The position numbers and the translations under genes were made by a program. A stretch of DNA of 64,000 nt from a bacterium (GTDB lineage Bacteria > JAHJDO01): contig JBDRTG010000047.1 of the NCBI GenBank assembly GCA_043824255.1, forward strand, positions 1 through 64,000. Direction: 5' to 3'. Positions 60,877 to 64,000 of this stretch are shown piece after piece (the stretch's first letter is position 1; the number at the start of each line of letters is the position of its first letter). The notes beneath the pieces are model-generated. The model saw only the letters and a program-made list of their open reading frames with translations. It ran no database searches and had not been told where the DNA came from.

Positions 60877-61514
60877 AGCCACCTCCTTTTGAAATTATTT
60901 TCATATGGGGACACTATGAATGAGCCCCCTCACAGAACCGTGCTTGAGGATTTCCCTCACACGGCTCTTCTGAAGAACTTCCCCATTATAGGTTTTGGAT
61001 ACAGTTTTGTTGTCTTTCTTTATCCAGTCCCGTGTCTGGAGAAAGTTTCCCTGCTCCAGCAGTTCTCCAGCCAGCGCCTTCGCTCCGCAGGCATTACCCT
61101 GTCTCTTCACTACTATTCGCCAGTCCGACTCCCAATGTGTCTTCTGTAATACCTTATCGTTTATAGACTTGCTACTACATACTCCTCTACGGAGAACACT
61201 TTGGGTCTCCCGAGTTTCCTTACTCTCCTTTTGATACCGTGCTATGGTCTCTGACCCCGTCGGACTCGCACAACCTCGCATATAACGGTTATGAGAGTTC
61301 TGCCTTCTACTAAATGTAGAGTATCGGCTTCCGAAACGATGATTGATTTCGGGGCTCAATCCCTTCACTTGCGTTACAGCCCAGCACCCCATTCCTCTGG
61401 CTTCACGACAGTTTGTTACCAAACTGGGTGCAGAGTTCAGTTCTGAAGTGGTAGCTACTCTTTCCTCAGACTGGATTTTCACCAGCTGGATAGCAAGAGC
61501 TTTTCTCGGCGCAC
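60861..61514 (-). mobile_element. ORF-less group II intron (654 nt)
   Basis: 5' end GTGCG; domain V GAGCCGTGTGAGGGAAATCCTCAAGCACGGTTC; domain VI GGGGGCTCAT...ATGAGCTCTACTCGAC with an AC end; EBS1 ACAUUU pairs with 5' exon AGAUGU; no RT motifs. Confidence 0.92.
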
Positions 61515-61539
61515 ACATCTTTTACCTCCTTTTTATAAG

Positions 61540-62652
61540 TCACAAGGTTTTGCCCATTAATACCGTCATTGGAACACGATAATTTTCAGGATGTGTTATA
61601 TTCTCATGCATTTTTTCTATCAAAATCTGAACAGTCTTTTCGCCTATTGCCAAAGGATCTATTTTCATGCTGGTTATTATCGGTTCTTTATAGTATGAAT
61701 ACTTCTTTGCACAAAATGTAACAATCCCGAGCTCCTCAGGAACCCGTATTTTAAGAACAGCTGCCCTGTCACATACATCTCTTGCAAATGAATCAGAAGT
61801 TGATAACACAGCTAACCTGTTACGCGAATTTTTAGCTTTTATTTTCTTTCTATACTCCAGCATCTCATCTATAACGAGTGTCTTTTCTCTATCAGCTTCC
61901 TTTATAAGAATATTTTTTTCTGGTATGCCATGGGCATCTAAGGTCTTAATATAACCATCAAATCTTTCCGCATGATTCCTGGAGTCTGGATGGTAATATA
62001 TTGCAAAATGCGTATATTTAAGATTCAGAGCCATATTTACAGACTGTGTTGCACCATCAATATTATCAGGTGATACAGAATCAATATTAACGTCCGAAGC
62101 CCTGTTAACCAGAACCATGGGCTTGGTATTTTTGATAACTTCTGCAATCAGAGAATCAGGAATACCTTCATCTAATATATATCCATCCACTTTATCTTCC
62201 AGTTCAGCAATGGAATATTTTATACTGTTAAGGGCGTTCATATTTCTACTCAAATCTTTATTTATCATTACTTCAATACAGTGTGGCAAAAATATGTTGA
62301 ATTTATTTCTAGTACATTCTGATTCCATTCCAAACGTAATCTCATGGAAATAATTATCATAAAGATCAACAGGTCTTATTGGCCGGATTATACAGGCGAT
62401 TGTATTTAGGAGCTTGTTTCTTTTAGAACTTTTATTGACCTTTTTAACAAAGTAACCTCTTCCCTCCAGTTTAAAGATATATCCTTTAGAAGCAAGCTCG
62501 TTAAATGCCCTGAGAGCTGTTATATGACTTACCTTGTATTTTTTTATAATCTCCGTTATGGATGGGATTTGAGAGTTTTGCGGGAGCTTACCTTTATTAA
62601 TTAATTTTATAATGTCCCCAACAATTTTCTGGTATAAAAGCGTAATTGCCAT
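61540..62652 (-). CDS. GntR-HTH / LacI-type sensor transcriptional regulator
   Basis: LYQKI...I...I..G.L.....IPS......Y.VS..T...A...L...G......GRG.FV, followed by a periplasmic-binding-like domain (DN..GA, VPEELGIV). Confidence 0.9.
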   Translation of the reverse strand: MAITLLYQKIVGDIIKLINKGKLPQNSQIPSITEIIKKYKVSHITALRAFNELASKGYIFKLEGRGYFVKKVNKSSKRNKLLNTIACIIRPIRPVDLYDNYFHEITFGMESECTRNKFNIFLPHCIEVMINKDLSRNMNALNSIKYSIAELEDKVDGYILDEGIPDSLIAEVIKNTKPMVLVNRASDVNIDSVSPDNIDGATQSVNMALNLKYTHFAIYYHPDSRNHAERFDGYIKTLDAHGIPEKNILIKEADREKTLVIDEMLEYRKKIKAKNSRNRLAVLSTSDSFARDVCDRAAVLKIRVPEELGIVTFCAKKYSYYKEPIITSMKIDPLAIGEKTVQILIEKMHENITHPENYRVPMTVLMGKTL

Positions 62653-62675
62653 GATTTGCCCCCTAACCTGAGGAC

Positions 62676-62704
62676 ATATTAGCACCCACTAAAGAAAATG
62701 TCAA
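62676..62704 (-). promoter_or_regulatory. sigma70 promoter of the regulator/pilin-like operon
   Basis: TTGACA, 17 nt, TAATAT with an extended TG. Confidence 0.75.
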
Positions 62705-62859
62705 GGGGTTTTTGAGAGTTTCCTCATAGTGATACCTTTTGTTTTGACAAAACCGGAAAGCTCCATGTAAAGTTTTTGCACCGCTGATTGATCCGTATGA
62801 TGAAAAGGTGAATTTTCTGTGTTTTTTTTTCTTGCCTATTAATTTTTCCCCACCCCCTT

Positions 62860-63822
62860 TCAAAGAAATTTCTCAATCCTCTCAATTATTTCTGTAACTA
62901 CTTTCCCTTCCTCTCCAGATGGGATTGGATTTGTACCTGATTCTACACAATCTATAAAATATCTTATAGGCTCATCCTCAGTTACTGAATCCAGCACAAA
63001 TGGTGTTTGATAACTATCTGCTGTTATACTGATGCATTCTTTATCTCCTTCAATCTCTATTTTGCCTTTTGTTCCAAGAATATCCATTCTAAAATCAATA
63101 ATATTCCTCCAGCCTCTTGGAACAATCCAGCTTGATTCGATAGAAACAAGACACTTTTTAAATTCTAACTGAGCTTGTACAACATCATAACAATCAATAC
63201 CCTTGGAAAAAAGTAGACCCTTTTTACCTTTAGCAAATATGGCTTTTGGCTTCTTTTCGCCTAAAAACCACAGTATTAAATCCACAGTGTGAGGAAACAG
63301 GAACCAGTGGGGACCTGATTTTTCCGCCCAGGAGAGCCAATGGGTTGCAACATCTATCCTGTCTGATAATCTTGCATATATTGATACAGGCTCTCCAATT
63401 TCATCTCTGTCAATTCTCTTTTTTGCCTCTTTTATTGGCGGATACCAGCGGTTATGAAAATTCACCATTAGCTTTCCTCTACCTTTTTTCTGTGCTTCTA
63501 TAATCCGGTCGCATTCTGAGACAGACATTGCCATTGGCTTTTCAAGTAAAACATGTTTTCCAGCTTCAAGCATTTTTATTGCAGGTTCTGTATGTGCGAA
63601 GTCAGGGGTTGCAATACTCACAATTTTTATCCTATCGTCACTTGCTATCTCATCTAGGTTTGTTGCATACTCACAGCCGTATTTTTCACTAATTTCTTTT
63701 GCGTGTTTCTCAGTCCTGCTCCATACAGAAATCAGCTCTGTCCTCGAGTCTTTTTTATAGGTTCTTACATGAACCTCTCCATAAATCCCAATACCAAGAA
63801 CTGCTGTACCTATTTTATTCAC
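62860..63822 (-). CDS. Gfo/Idh/MocA oxidoreductase
   Basis: Motifs GIG.YG..H, ATPDFAH, LEKPMA and H.VD. Confidence 0.9.
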   Translation of the reverse strand: MNKIGTAVLGIGIYGEVHVRTYKKDSRTELISVWSRTEKHAKEISEKYGCEYATNLDEIASDDRIKIVSIATPDFAHTEPAIKMLEAGKHVLLEKPMAMSVSECDRIIEAQKKGRGKLMVNFHNRWYPPIKEAKKRIDRDEIGEPVSIYARLSDRIDVATHWLSWAEKSGPHWFLFPHTVDLILWFLGEKKPKAIFAKGKKGLLFSKGIDCYDVVQAQLEFKKCLVSIESSWIVPRGWRNIIDFRMDILGTKGKIEIEGDKECISITADSYQTPFVLDSVTEDEPIRYFIDCVESGTNPIPSGEEGKVVTEIIERIEKFL

Positions 63823-64000
63823 ACATATACCTTTCTAAATTATACTTTTTATAATCAACTTTTTCCCTTTTGAAAATTTCCTTAACTATTCTATTGACTT
63901 CTTCTTTTTTGTTATTATCAATTCCCTTGGCTTTATGTGTTTTTAGGATCTCTTCAACTTTCTCCTTAGCTCTTTTTAGAATATCTTTTTTGCCTTTTGA
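63815..64000 (-). CDS. C-terminal part of a CDS, possibly trimethylamine methyltransferase (MttB) family
   Basis: Manual translation SKGKKDILKRAKEKVEEILKTHKAKGID..KKEEVNRIV... resembles MttB-family C-termini; truncated by the window edge. Confidence 0.5.
   Translation of the reverse strand, partial: SKGKKDILKRAKEKVEEILKTHKAKGIDNNKKEEVNRIVKEIFKREKVDYKKYNLERYMCE

Noticed and set aside
60901..61518. 205-aa ORF as an intron-encoded reverse transcriptase/maturase
   Set aside because: It has no RT motifs (no YADD or PQG) and overlays ribozyme domains I-VI rather than domain IV. It is kept only as an open-frame observation.
62663..62863. 66-aa ORF or possible mobile-element remnant between the oxidoreductase and the regulator
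   Set aside because: It overlaps the promoter, has no recognisable motif, and shows no terminal repeats I can support.

Overview
A 64 kb, AT-rich (roughly 35-40% GC by eye) bacterial chromosomal segment with almost all genes on the minus strand. The gene content (DUF1559-type prepilin-like gene, DUF4838-type protein, TMTC-like TPR glycosyltransferase, outer-membrane barrel, large Alu-containing SRP RNA) suggests a diderm PVC-related or Omnitrophota-like lineage; this is an inference. Housekeeping blocks are mraZ-rsmH-ftsL-ftsI-murE-murF-mraY-mutS, rpsB-tsf-pyrH-frr-fdx-uppS-cdsA-dnaB-eno-ftsB, argCJBDF, ffs-dnaX-ybaB-recR-cvpA-nth, thpR-recA-alaS-ruvX and kbl-tdh. A sugar-catabolism-type accessory operon occupies the right end. 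The main non-ORF discoveries are: (1) a 654-nt ORF-less group II intron (60861-61514, minus) inserted 1 nt after the start codon of a prepilin-like gene, with EBS1 pairing to the start codon, a spare RBS and in-frame ATG in domain VI, and a 205-codon open frame running through the ribozyme; (2) a large SRP RNA with an extra hairpin in the Alu junction; (3) an outer-membrane barrel plus a mosaic repeat protein splitting the TPM/lemA cluster; (4) an integrase-less attC cassette relic; (5) heptamer-periodic inverted repeats; and (6) an IS end plus a distant relic of the same end motif. All calls come from reading the sequence; no searches were run.
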